This document shows positions 18,515 through 27,671 of a stretch of DNA of 54,670 bases, piece by piece (the first letter of the stretch is position 1; every line of letters starts with the position of its first letter). The DNA lies in NCBI GenBank assembly GCA_009995495.1, contig JAACPL010000008.1:1-54670 (forward strand), read 5' to 3'. The position numbers were made by a program, and so were the translations under genes. The DNA is from Candidatus Falkowbacteria bacterium (GTDB taxonomy: Bacteria > Patescibacteriota > Patescibacteriia > Patescibacteriales > UBA12465). The notes under the pieces were generated by a model. It saw only the letters and a list, made by a program, of their open reading frames with translations, did not search any database and was not told the origin of the DNA.

Positions 18515-20251
18515 TTATTCCATATTATCTCGTTTTTCCCTAACATACTTAGTCCAGTCATCAGCAATATCAACTAAGATTTTAAATGGCGCCTCAATCA
18601 CGAAGTCGAAAATAAAGACGAAGATATTAACTTTAGACATATTATTTGATAACCAACGACCAACCATAATTATTGGTAAATAAAACAAGTCAACTAAAAA
18701 TGCGAGCAAGCTTTCTCGGCGCTCAATAACTAATAATTCTTTGATTCCCTTAGTTGTTAAAATACTAAAAAAGCTAACAAAGGCCAAGAAGAAAAGGAAA
18801 ATAACAACGCTAACCCAAGTAAAGCCAATTAAAGGAAGGGTTAAAAGTTTAATAATTAAATAAATTGAAAAACAAAAAGAAGCGGCATAAATTAAATTGA
18901 AAATTGCTGCTGCTATAAAGTTTCTTTTTCTTGGCTTCCTTAAAGTTAAAGCACTTTTTTTATCTTGAGTTATAAAAGAAATTTCTTTAATACCACTAAC
19001 AATTTTTTCGGTATTGTCCTCAGCTGGTTTTCTTGTAGTTAAGACGATAAAAAATAAAAGAACGGCCGGAAAAACAATATTAATTACTAAGGATAAATAA
19101 TTCAACTCTTCATTAAACCAACGAATAGCAGGAATTTCAATTACTAAAACAAAAATTGATTTTGTTAAAAAAATATAAATTATACTTCGTAGTGCTGCTC
19201 GCCAAAGTTTGGTTTTGGCCTTAGAATATTTTTGATTACAAGCTTTTTTAATACTAGCAACAAAACTTTTTTCGGCTTTTTGAATCTCCCCATAAAGCGC
19301 CAAGGGATCTTTTTCAATAGTTTCAGCTAAAACATTAAAGTAGAGAGAATAAGTTCGACTAATTTTATCTAATTGTTTTTTTAAAGGGTGGTTAAGATTT
19401 TTATTAATTTCTCTTCTTAAAGCCGCAAAACTGGCTGCGACTTTTTTTATATTTTCATTATCACTTTCTTCTAAAACTCCTTTTTTATTAAGCTCAAGCC
19501 AGAAACCATTATAATATTTAAATAAAACAAAACTTAAAATATCCTCATCAAATTTTAAATAACTTCTAGCAATACTTAAATAAATTTGGATTTCTTTTTC
19601 CTTTTCAAATTCAAGTAAATCATCTGGTAGTTGGATTTTTTTTTCTAAAAAATCAAACATGTTACTAACAATAACTTTTTTTACTTTATTAGGCGATAAA
19701 TTATCTTCAATTTCACAGGCAGCTAAAGTAAGAAGCCATGATGTTAAATTATTTTTTTTTTGAATTGTGTCCTTAGTTTTATTAATGTCGGTTCTTAAAC
19801 TAAAAGAAGTGCTCATTTCAGCACTTAAAAAGTTTTTCAAAATAATGTATTTCTCTAAAATAAAAGCAATATCATCTATTTTAGTTTCAGGGATACTATT
19901 ATTAGCTAAATAACCACCACGAATGAGCTCAATTAATAAATGTTTAGAGATATCTAGACTCTCAGCCTGACGCAAAACACCCTCAATAAGAATCTGGCGC
20001 TTTAAAATTCTAGCGATTGCTGTTTTTCTTAAGAGATGTTCTTCTTCGTAATCAACTGCATTTCTCGCTTTTTCGTAGAAAAAAGCCAAACGAGAAACTA
20101 AAGAAGATACTTTTATCATGGCTAAATCCCCATCTTCACTAACTTTCTTCGTTTTTTCACTATAAATTACTTGAAAAAGCTTTTTAGTATTTTCATTCAT
20201 TTCTAATTTCTCTGATTTTTGGGTATTTTTGACTAAATTTGGACTAACCAT
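18515..20251 (-). CDS. Conserved-looking hypothetical membrane protein
   Basis: 578-aa ORF; N-terminal AFFYEKARNAVDYEEEHLLRKTAIARIL block and several C-terminal TM helices. Confidence 0.75.
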   Translation of the reverse strand: MVSPNLVKNTQKSEKLEMNENTKKLFQVIYSEKTKKVSEDGDLAMIKVSSLVSRLAFFYEKARNAVDYEEEHLLRKTAIARILKRQILIEGVLRQAESLDISKHLLIELIRGGYLANNSIPETKIDDIAFILEKYIILKNFLSAEMSTSFSLRTDINKTKDTIQKKNNLTSWLLTLAACEIEDNLSPNKVKKVIVSNMFDFLEKKIQLPDDLLEFEKEKEIQIYLSIARSYLKFDEDILSFVLFKYYNGFWLELNKKGVLEESDNENIKKVAASFAALRREINKNLNHPLKKQLDKISRTYSLYFNVLAETIEKDPLALYGEIQKAEKSFVASIKKACNQKYSKAKTKLWRAALRSIIYIFLTKSIFVLVIEIPAIRWFNEELNYLSLVINIVFPAVLLFFIVLTTRKPAEDNTEKIVSGIKEISFITQDKKSALTLRKPRKRNFIAAAIFNLIYAASFCFSIYLIIKLLTLPLIGFTWVSVVIFLFFLAFVSFFSILTTKGIKELLVIERRESLLAFLVDLFYLPIIMVGRWLSNNMSKVNIFVFIFDFVIEAPFKILVDIADDWTKYVREKRDNME

Positions 20252-20396
20252 AAATAATTTTCCCTTATTTTAAGGGTTTTTATAAGCAAAACCTTAAAAA
20301 TGAAGCTTTATTTTTATATAAATAAATTGTAACTTATTTAAAGCTAAAACGCAACTTTAATTTTAGGGACATTTGCCTAATAGCGATTTCTAGCTC

Positions 20397-20425
20397 TTGA
20401 CATAGTTCTAAGTATTTTGTATTAT
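20397..20425 (+). promoter_or_regulatory. Sigma70-type promoter of secE-nusG-rplK-rplA
   Basis: TTGACA-17 nt-TATTAT. Confidence 0.7.
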
Positions 20426-20525
20426 TTAAGGGTCAAACAAATAAATAAGCCCTGGGAGGCTTTTTTTAAAAAGCAGATTTTTTTCTGTGTTTTATGTTTG
20501 TCAGCAATATAATTTTTAATTCTAT

Positions 20526-20708
20526 ATGAACAAATTAATTAGCTACATCAAGGAGTCCTACGCTGAGATGAAAAAAGTGACTTGGCCGACTAAAAAAGAA
20601 ACCTATAGCTATACTTTAATGGTTATTGGTGTGAGTTTAGCGACTGCTGCTTTCCTGGGTTTACTTGATGCAATTTTCAATTTTGGATTTAAATTTATTA
20701 TCGTTTAA
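20526..20708 (+). CDS. secE: Preprotein translocase subunit SecE
   Basis: EMKKVTWPTKKE motif plus one TM; upstream of nusG. Confidence 0.95.
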   Translation: MNKLISYIKESYAEMKKVTWPTKKETYSYTLMVIGVSLATAAFLGLLDAIFNFGFKFIIV

Positions 20709-20735
20709 ATCATTTAAAAATTTCTTTTTAAATTT

Positions 20736-21281
20736 ATGGCTAAACAAATTTTAAATCAAGGGCGCCGGTGGTATGTTATTCATACTTATTCCGGCTACGA
20801 AGAAAATGTTGCCGAAAACCTGAAACAAAGAGTTGAGTCTCTTGATATGGAAGATAAGATTTTCAATGTCTTAATCCCAACTGAGAAAAAAATTAAAATT
20901 AAAAATGGTAAAAGAAAGGTTAGCGAAGAAAAAATCTTTCCTGGCTATATTTTAGTAGAAATGGAAGTAACTGATGAGTCTTGGTATATTGTTAGAAACA
21001 CCCCAAACGTTACTGGCTTTATCGGAACCGGAACTATCCCAACACCGATTGGCGAAGAAGAGGTTAAATCTTTACAAAAAAGAATGGGAGTTGAAGATCC
21101 TAAATTTCAAATTGATGTTAGCGAGGGTACTCCGGTTATAATTAATGAAGGACCATTTAAAAATATGGAAGGAAAGGTTACTTCCGTTGATGAAGCTAAG
21201 GGTAAAGTTAAAGTCTCAGTTTCAATGTTTGGTCGAGAAACTCCAGTTGAATTAGATTTTTTACAAATTAGAAAAGTATAA
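20736..21281 (+). CDS. nusG: Transcription factor NusG
   Basis: WYVIHTYSGYE, FPGYILVEM, KOW GPF, MFGRETPVELDF. Confidence 0.98.
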   Translation: MAKQILNQGRRWYVIHTYSGYEENVAENLKQRVESLDMEDKIFNVLIPTEKKIKIKNGKRKVSEEKIFPGYILVEMEVTDESWYIVRNTPNVTGFIGTGTIPTPIGEEEVKSLQKRMGVEDPKFQIDVSEGTPVIINEGPFKNMEGKVTSVDEAKGKVKVSVSMFGRETPVELDFLQIRKV

Positions 21282-21327
21282 TATTAAGATACGAAAATAG
21301 CGCTTCTCTGTTTTCAATAATAAATTT

Positions 21328-21750
21328 ATGGCAAAAAAAATAAAAACAAAAATTAAATTACAAATTTCTGGTGGCCAAGCTAATCCAGCCCCTCCAGTCG
21401 GTCCAGCCTTAGGCCAACACGGCTTAAATATCGCAGCTTTTTGTAAAGAATTTAATGATAGAACTAAGGATCAGATGGGAGATGTTATTCCGGTTGAAAT
21501 TACTGTTTACGAGGATAGAAGTTATGACTTCGTTCTTAAAACCTCCCCAGCTTCTGAATTAATTAAAAAAGCTGCTGGAATTAAAAAGGGATCTGGCAAA
21601 CCTTTAACTGAAAAAATTGGCTCTATTACTGACGCTCAATTAACTGAAATTGCCGAAAAAAAGATGAGTGACTTAAGTGCTCACAATATTGAAGCAGCTA
21701 AAAAAATTATTGCTGGTACCGCTAGACAAATGGGTGTAGAAATTAAATAA
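21328..21750 (+). CDS. rplK: 50S ribosomal protein L11
   Basis: [24 protein letters not shown]. Confidence 0.98.
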   Translation: MAKKIKTKIKLQISGGQANPAPPVGPALGQHGLNIAAFCKEFNDRTKDQMGDVIPVEITVYEDRSYDFVLKTSPASELIKKAAGIKKGSGKPLTEKIGSITDAQLTEIAEKKMSDLSAHNIEAAKKIIAGTARQMGVEIK

Positions 21751-21766
21751 TTAATTAACAATAATT

Positions 21767-21812
21767 GTGGGAGCTTGGATTAATTAATAAATTAAAGCTA
21801 AGCGATAACCAC
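21767..21812 (+). promoter_or_regulatory. Putative L1-binding autoregulatory RNA between rplK and rplA
   Basis: GTGG-GAG...AA-CCAC helix closing an AGCTT/AAGCT inner stem just before the rplA start; typical form and position of L1 target sites. Confidence 0.7.
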
Positions 21813-21823
21813 GACCAAAATCT

Positions 21824-22528
21824 ATGGAAAAGAAAATTAAGTCTCCGAAAGTAATCAAGGCCAAAAAAATTGATAACAGCAGTATTTATGATAAGAATAA
21901 AAGCTATTCTTTAAACGAAGCGATTAAAATTGTTAAAAGTATTACCAAAACTAAATTTGACGCTTCAGTTGAAGTTCACTTTCGTCTAGGAATTAATACT
22001 AAGAAAAGTGATCAACAAATCAGAGGAGCAGTTTCTCTACCACACGGAACTGGAAAAACTATTAAGATTGCCGCTTTTGTCAGTCCAGAAAATGAAGCTG
22101 CTGTGAAAGCCGCTGGAGCTGACTTTGTTGGTGGTGAAGATTTAGTAGCAGAAATCAAAAAGACTGAAAAAACTGATTTTCAAGTGGCGATTGCCGAAGT
22201 TTCAATGATGAGAACTTTAGCTCAAATTGCTAAAATATTAGGAACCAGAGGTTTAATGCCTTCCCCTAAAAATGATACTGTTACTCAAAATCCAGTTAAA
22301 GCAGTTGAAGAATTAAAGAAAGGGAAAATTAGTTTTAAAAATGATGATACGGGAAACCTACACGCTATTATTGGTAAAGTAAGTTTTAGTGATGATAAAT
22401 TAGCTGAAAATTTTAATAGCCTCCTTGAGACTATCAGAAAAGCTAAACCATCCGCCTCTAAAGGAACTTTTATCAAGAATACTAGCCTCTCCTCTTCAAT
22501 GAGCACTGGTGTTAAAGTTAGCTTATAA
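21824..22528 (+). CDS. rplA: 50S ribosomal protein L1
   Basis: KFDASVEVHFRLG, DQQIRGAVSLPHGTGK, LGTRGLMPSPK. Confidence 0.98.
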   Translation: MEKKIKSPKVIKAKKIDNSSIYDKNKSYSLNEAIKIVKSITKTKFDASVEVHFRLGINTKKSDQQIRGAVSLPHGTGKTIKIAAFVSPENEAAVKAAGADFVGGEDLVAEIKKTEKTDFQVAIAEVSMMRTLAQIAKILGTRGLMPSPKNDTVTQNPVKAVEELKKGKISFKNDDTGNLHAIIGKVSFSDDKLAENFNSLLETIRKAKPSASKGTFIKNTSLSSSMSTGVKVSL

Positions 22529-22554
22529 AAAGGAGTCAATATTTTCCTATAATT

Positions 22555-22590
22555 AGAAGGGGGCTAAATTAGCCCCCTTCTTTTTGTTTT
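22555..22590 (+). terminator. Intrinsic terminator after rplA
   Basis: AGAAGGGGGCTAA-A-TTAGCCCCCTTCT followed by a T-rich tract. Confidence 0.9.
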
Positions 22591-22621
22591 ATTCAAGGTT
22601 TTGATCATGAAACAATAGCCC

Positions 22622-22650
22622 TTGACATTTTAAAACCTTTCCTGTATAAT
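22622..22650 (+). promoter_or_regulatory. Consensus sigma70 promoter of the RRM gene
   Basis: TTGACA-17 nt-TATAAT. Confidence 0.85.
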
Positions 22651-22744
22651 GTATCCAGGTAAGCAGTCTTAAGAATTAGCGGCCAAAACCGCCTTTTTTT
22701 AAGAAAAGGTCGGCTTACATTTAAAAATTTTAGGAAATAAGAAA

Positions 22745-23002
22745 ATGAAAAAGTTATTTGTAGGTGGTTTAAATTACAAAACTACCGATTCTGATTTAGC
22801 CGCAGCTTTTGCTAAGGCTGGAACAGTTATTTCTGCTGTTGTTATCATGGACAGAATGACAAACCGATCAAAAGGTTTTGGATTCGTAGAAATGGAAAAT
22901 GATGACGAAGCTGAAAAGGCTATCGCTATGTACAATGATCAAGAATTAGATGGAAGAAAAATCATTGTTAACGAAGCTCGTCCGCTTGAAAAGAGATTCT
23001 AA
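22745..23002 (+). CDS. RRM-domain RNA-binding protein
   Basis: RNP2 KLFVGGL, RNP1 KGFGFVEM, VNEARP. Confidence 0.95.
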   Translation: MKKLFVGGLNYKTTDSDLAAAFAKAGTVISAVVIMDRMTNRSKGFGFVEMENDDEAEKAIAMYNDQELDGRKIIVNEARPLEKRF

Positions 23003-23025
23003 TAGATTTCACAATATAAGCAAAT

Positions 23026-23058
23026 AAAAATCATCCGCCTTAGGGCGGATGATTTTTT
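23026..23058. terminator. Bidirectional intrinsic terminator (RRM gene / tspO)
   Basis: AAAAATCATCCGCC-TTAG-GGCGGATGATTTTT. Confidence 0.9.
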
Positions 23059-23083
23059 GTTAAACGAAATTAAAAAAGTATAA

Positions 23084-23716
23084 TTAATCTTCAAGATCTA
23101 TTTCAACGACAGTTTCATTATTAATTACTTGATCCTCTAAGGCTCCGGGATTTTCATTTTCTAATAAAACAGGAGAATCAGAACTAGTTCGAGTTTCTAA
23201 ATCAATTTCTAGACCAGTAATTGGCGCCATATTAATGTCTTTATTTAAATCCCAAATACTATAATTTAAGAAAGCAGCGAAGGTGACCCAAAGAATATAA
23301 GGAATAAGTAAATAGGCGGCAACTTTATTGATTTGATAAAAAGCTAAAATAGTTGCTAAAATTGCAAACCAAAGAGAAATAATTTCAGTTAAGGCAATTC
23401 CTGGATTTTGTAAACCAAAGAAAATAAAAGACCAAAAAAGATTAAGCGCTAATTGAAAAATAAATATTAATAAAGCAAAACGAATTTCTTTTTTATTTAG
23501 CCCCAGACGCCAAATTAAAAAGGCAGAAACACCCATTAAAACATAAAGAAGAGTCCAGACTGGCCCAAAAAGCCAATTAGGCGGGTTAAAGGCGGGCTTC
23601 TCAATTAAATTATACCAACTATTAACGCCCGTATCAGTAAATAAAGCCCCAATAATTGCAAATAATTGTGGAATAATTAAAGCAATAATAAGTTTAATAA
23701 AATTTTTATTTTTCAT
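23084..23716 (-). CDS. tspO: TspO/MBR tryptophan-rich sensory protein with acidic C-terminal tail
   Basis: WYNLIEKPAFNPPNWLFGPVWT, QLALNLFWSFIFF, LIPYILWVTFA. Confidence 0.93.
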   Translation of the reverse strand: MKNKNFIKLIIALIIPQLFAIIGALFTDTGVNSWYNLIEKPAFNPPNWLFGPVWTLLYVLMGVSAFLIWRLGLNKKEIRFALLIFIFQLALNLFWSFIFFGLQNPGIALTEIISLWFAILATILAFYQINKVAAYLLIPYILWVTFAAFLNYSIWDLNKDINMAPITGLEIDLETRTSSDSPVLLENENPGALEDQVINNETVVEIDLED

Positions 23717-23840
23717 ATTTTTTATTTATTTTTATTATAGCAAAAAAAAGTTTCTTGGGCAATTAAAAAAGAAAAGTCTAAGGTCTTCCAATTTTTTAAC
23801 TTTTAAAGTAATGTTATAGTATAAATACCCTTATTTCTCT

Positions 23841-24938
23841 ATGGAGTTAATAAAATACAATAAAAATAATTCAAAAATTATTATCAAGAAAGCTTTAGCT
23901 GTTTTAAAAAATGGTGGCATTTTTGTATTCCCTACTGAAACTTGCTATGGAATTGGCACTGATGCTACAAAAAAAAGTGCTATTAATAAGCTATATTCAT
24001 ATAAAACTAGACGTGAGGGCAAACCTTTGTCGGTTGTTGTGGCTGACATAAAAATGGCTCAAAAATATGTAGAAATCAATGAAATGGCAGAAAATCTATA
24101 CAAAAGCTATCTACCTGGACCGATAACAGTAGTTTCTAAAGGAAAAGGCAAGGTTGCTAAAGGAGTTGAGTCAGAATATGGTACTTTAGGAATACGTATT
24201 CCTGAACATGAGCTTATTTTAGATATCGTCAAAAATTTTGGAAAACCTTTTACAGCAACATCAGCTAATATGTCCTATCTTCCAAAACCATACAGCATAA
24301 AAGCTTTGCTGAAAAATATGCCAGCAAAAAATCTAGAATTAATAGATTTAATAATTGATGCCGGCAAATTACCCCATCGCGAGACATCAACAGTAGTAGA
24401 CACAACCATGAATAGTTTAAATATTGTACGAGAGGGGCAACTTAATATTTACAAAAAATCAGATAAAAAATCAATCTTGTCAGCCCAAACAGAAAGCGCT
24501 GAAGAAACGATTAATTTTGGTAGCATGAATATGCTGAAATATATTGATGAGCCTTTAAGCAAGCCCTTGGTGTTTTTTCTTGTCGGAGAATTGGGTGGTG
24601 GCAAAACACAGTTTGCAAAAGGTATCGCCCGGTGTCTTAATATTAAAGACTTGGTAAAATCACCAACCTTCACTATTCTAAATGAATATAACTACAAATT
24701 CGGAGAAAGACGGGGAAAATTTATTCACGTCGATACTTGGAGAATTGAAGATATAAATGATTTAGAAACTATCGGACTTGATAATTATTTCTCTGTTAAT
24801 AATATTATTGCCATTGAATGGGCCAATAAATTTTCTAATGACTTGAAGAAGAAAATAAAAAAAACTGGAGGAAAAATTATCAATGTTATCTTCAATTATC
24901 TTGACGATGATAGACGAGCGATTGAAACTTATGAATAA
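23841..24938 (+). CDS. Fusion: threonylcarbamoyl-AMP synthase TsaC/YrdC plus t6A ATPase TsaE
   Basis: N-half VFPTETCYG, KTRREGKP, PGPIT, TATSANMS, STVVD; C-half GELGGGKT, KSPTFTILNEY, HVDTWRI, IEWA, all in one frame. Confidence 0.9.
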   Translation: MELIKYNKNNSKIIIKKALAVLKNGGIFVFPTETCYGIGTDATKKSAINKLYSYKTRREGKPLSVVVADIKMAQKYVEINEMAENLYKSYLPGPITVVSKGKGKVAKGVESEYGTLGIRIPEHELILDIVKNFGKPFTATSANMSYLPKPYSIKALLKNMPAKNLELIDLIIDAGKLPHRETSTVVDTTMNSLNIVREGQLNIYKKSDKKSILSAQTESAEETINFGSMNMLKYIDEPLSKPLVFFLVGELGGGKTQFAKGIARCLNIKDLVKSPTFTILNEYNYKFGERRGKFIHVDTWRIEDINDLETIGLDNYFSVNNIIAIEWANKFSNDLKKKIKKTGGKIINVIFNYLDDDRRAIETYE

Positions 24939-26094
24939 AATTAAAATTACTTCTAAAAATAAATACAAAGAAGCTATTATTTTAGCAATTGACACTAGCT
25001 GTGACGACACTTCTGTCGCCGTACTTAAGGGCAGGCGCGTCTTATCTAGTGTCATATCTTCCCAAGTAGAACTTCATAAAAAATGGGGCGGAGTTGTTCC
25101 TACTATCGCTAAACGTGCACATCAAGATAATATTGAAAAAGTATATCAAGAAGCTTTAAAAAGAGCGCGAATTAAAGAGGAGGAAATTGAGTTTGTCGCC
25201 GTTACTCATGGGCCAGGACTTGCTATCGCTCTTGAAGTTGGAATTGAATTTGCCAAAAATTTAGCTTATACAAAAAAGAAAAAACTTGTGCCTATTAATC
25301 ATATGGAGGGACATATGTTAGCCTCTTTTATTTTGAATTCTAAGGGTAATGGCGCAATTGCTTTGAATAAAGAAGGGACCGTCTTCCCTGCTCTCGCTCT
25401 TTTAATATCAGGAAATCATTCCGAAATTGTTTATGCTGAAGATATTAATAAATATAAAATTTTAGGCGAAACTTTAGACGACGCGGCCGGCGAAGCTTTT
25501 GATAAAGTCGCCCGGATGATGAACCTTGGTTATCCCGGGGGGGAAATTATAACCTTATTAGCCGGACGTGCTAGCAGTACATGGTCTAACGTTGCTTCCG
25601 GACTTGAAGAAAGAAACGAAAGAAAGCCCTTAGCTGAGGTCGCTGGCAGACTTGGCTTACCGGTACCGATGATGCGCTCAAAAGATTTGAACTTTAGTTT
25701 TTCTGGATTAAAAACAGCTTGTCTTTATAAAATAAAAAACCTTCGAGAAAAATATTCCGAAGATACAAAATGGTCTTATGATTTTTCGCGTGAATTCATT
25801 AACGCTGTTTCTCGGTCATTATTAACTAAATTATCAAAAGCAATTAAACTTCATCCGGAAATTAAATCTATTATTATTGGCGGTGGAGTAAGTAATAACA
25901 AATATATTATTAGAGAAGTTGGAGCTTTAACAAGGAAGACGCAAAAAAACTATCTTATCCCAGAATCTAAATTCCGTAGTGATAATGCCGGTATGATCGG
26001 TATTGCCGCTTATTATAATATTAATAATTTAGAAAATTGGCTTGAAGGTAAAAAAATATTAGAACTTGATAGAAAACCAATGCTTAGATTATAA
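24931..26094 (+). CDS. tsaD: tRNA N6-threonylcarbamoyltransferase TsaD
   Basis: ILAIDTSCDDT, GPGL, NHMEGH, TLDDAAGEAFDKVAR, FSFSGLKT, DNAGMI; start at ATG 24931 overlapping the upstream stop. Confidence 0.95.
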   Translation: MNKIKITSKNKYKEAIILAIDTSCDDTSVAVLKGRRVLSSVISSQVELHKKWGGVVPTIAKRAHQDNIEKVYQEALKRARIKEEEIEFVAVTHGPGLAIALEVGIEFAKNLAYTKKKKLVPINHMEGHMLASFILNSKGNGAIALNKEGTVFPALALLISGNHSEIVYAEDINKYKILGETLDDAAGEAFDKVARMMNLGYPGGEIITLLAGRASSTWSNVASGLEERNERKPLAEVAGRLGLPVPMMRSKDLNFSFSGLKTACLYKIKNLREKYSEDTKWSYDFSREFINAVSRSLLTKLSKAIKLHPEIKSIIIGGGVSNNKYIIREVGALTRKTQKNYLIPESKFRSDNAGMIGIAAYYNINNLENWLEGKKILELDRKPMLRL

Positions 26095-26511
26095 ATTTTT
26101 TGGTAAAGCAAACTTAGCTAATACTTTAGTCGCTTCTTCTTTAGTAATTCTTCTATCTATATCCTGCTGTAACTTCCCTACACTCTCTAAAGCTTTATCC
26201 CAATCATTGCCATTTTTTTTATTAGGTACTAAATGATAGTGAGCATGAGGAACTAATCTACCAAACGAGGCTGAATCAATAAATTCATAACCTAAACTTC
26301 GATAATGATTTGCAACTTTAACAGCAAATTCATAAAATTCGCCGACGTTTTCAATATCCCAGATAAAACGAAAATGTTTTTTAGGAATAATAATTGTATG
26401 CCCTTCAGTAAATCTAGCAATATCCAAAAAGGCTAAATATTTTTCATCTTCGTAAATTTTATAAGCTGGTATTTCTCCATTTACAATTTTACAAAATAAA
26501 CAGTTTTCCAT
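26089..26511 (-). CDS. HIT-family nucleotide hydrolase
   Basis: CLFCKIVNGEIP, GHTIIIPKKH, VPHAHYHLVP histidine triad. Confidence 0.93.
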   Translation of the reverse strand: MENCLFCKIVNGEIPAYKIYEDEKYLAFLDIARFTEGHTIIIPKKHFRFIWDIENVGEFYEFAVKVANHYRSLGYEFIDSASFGRLVPHAHYHLVPNKKNGNDWDKALESVGKLQQDIDRRITKEEATKVLAKFALPKNL

Positions 26512-26527
26512 ATTATTTTTGTTAATT

Positions 26528-27664
26528 TTAATTTAGACTTTCATCAAAAAGCTCCATTATTTCTAAATATCTGCCCTCTCGCTCACATTTCTTTTTTAAT
26601 ATGCCTGGCGGCAGAAAAGGATTAACTGCCATCTTTAAATATGAATTGTCTTGTAAAAAAATAGCAACAAAATTATCTGGGTAAAAGATGAAATTTAAAG
26701 AGTCGTAATTATTAAGCTCACAAGGATTTGAAGAATAATCTATTACTAAAGAATATCTCTCATTTAACTCCTTGATAAGTTTATTTGGCTTGAAATAATA
26801 ATTAGTCTTAAACGGTGGTTTGTTTAAATATCTAAAACCCCTAAAAAATGAATCATTATTAAAAGCCTCATCATACTTTCCTTCTAAGATATCAACTATT
26901 TTCATTTTATCCCACACATACGCAAGCCTCCAAATCGTATCATTATCACTATAATTATATTCTAAAAATTCATTTTTATATTTATCTAATACTTCGGAGT
27001 CAATTTCATATTCAAGTATTAACTTTTCTAAAACATTAAAACCTATTTCCTTAACGTAAACTCCAACTAAATAAACGAATAAATGGGATTGTGATCTTTC
27101 AATTAAATCACCGACTTTTATAATTTTTTTAGCCTCAAGAATTGCCTCCTCTTTATCCCCTTTTTTAGCAAATTCTATAGACCTTAGAGCACTAAGTCTA
27201 GTAACTTCTCTGAAAGTATTAAGAGCAATCATGCTATCATCATCTATTTCTGAAGGATTAGCATATCTCGGATCCTGAAAGCTATTTTTGAAACTTGCGT
27301 CATTAAAATATTCTAAGGCTAACTCATTTTCAGCTAGTATTTTCTCTATATCAAAATCATCGTATTCAGATAAATTTAAATAATTATTTATAAAAATACC
27401 CTTATCAGGAATTGACTCTAAATTAATTACATCCTTAATTTTTATTAAATCAAAATAGGCGTTATCTTCTTCGAGAAGATTTATCTCTGAAAGTCCGGAT
27501 AAAATATTAGAATCATCTATCGGCTCAATGTCTTTAGAAAAAAATAAATTCAAAAAAACCGGGGTTAAAATTGCTAATAAAAAGATCCCAAAAATAAACC
27601 AAAAAAAATAAAGGATAATTTTTTTTAATTTTTTCTTTTTTGGTATCTCGTTTTTGTTTTCCAT
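26528..27664 (-). CDS. Hypothetical membrane-anchored alpha-helical protein
   Basis: Basic N-terminus, one TM, helical ectodomain with DNAYFDL motif. Confidence 0.7.
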   Translation of the reverse strand: MENKNEIPKKKKLKKIILYFFWFIFGIFLLAILTPVFLNLFFSKDIEPIDDSNILSGLSEINLLEEDNAYFDLIKIKDVINLESIPDKGIFINNYLNLSEYDDFDIEKILAENELALEYFNDASFKNSFQDPRYANPSEIDDDSMIALNTFREVTRLSALRSIEFAKKGDKEEAILEAKKIIKVGDLIERSQSHLFVYLVGVYVKEIGFNVLEKLILEYEIDSEVLDKYKNEFLEYNYSDNDTIWRLAYVWDKMKIVDILEGKYDEAFNNDSFFRGFRYLNKPPFKTNYYFKPNKLIKELNERYSLVIDYSSNPCELNNYDSLNFIFYPDNFVAIFLQDNSYLKMAVNPFLPPGILKKKCEREGRYLEIMELFDESLN

Positions 27665-27671
27665 AAATTTA

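Noticed and set aside
20328-20355. TGTAAC-N16-CGCAAC resembling the ECF motif upstream of secE
   Set aside because: Both boxes deviate from the two exact copies, and a good sigma70 promoter already explains secE
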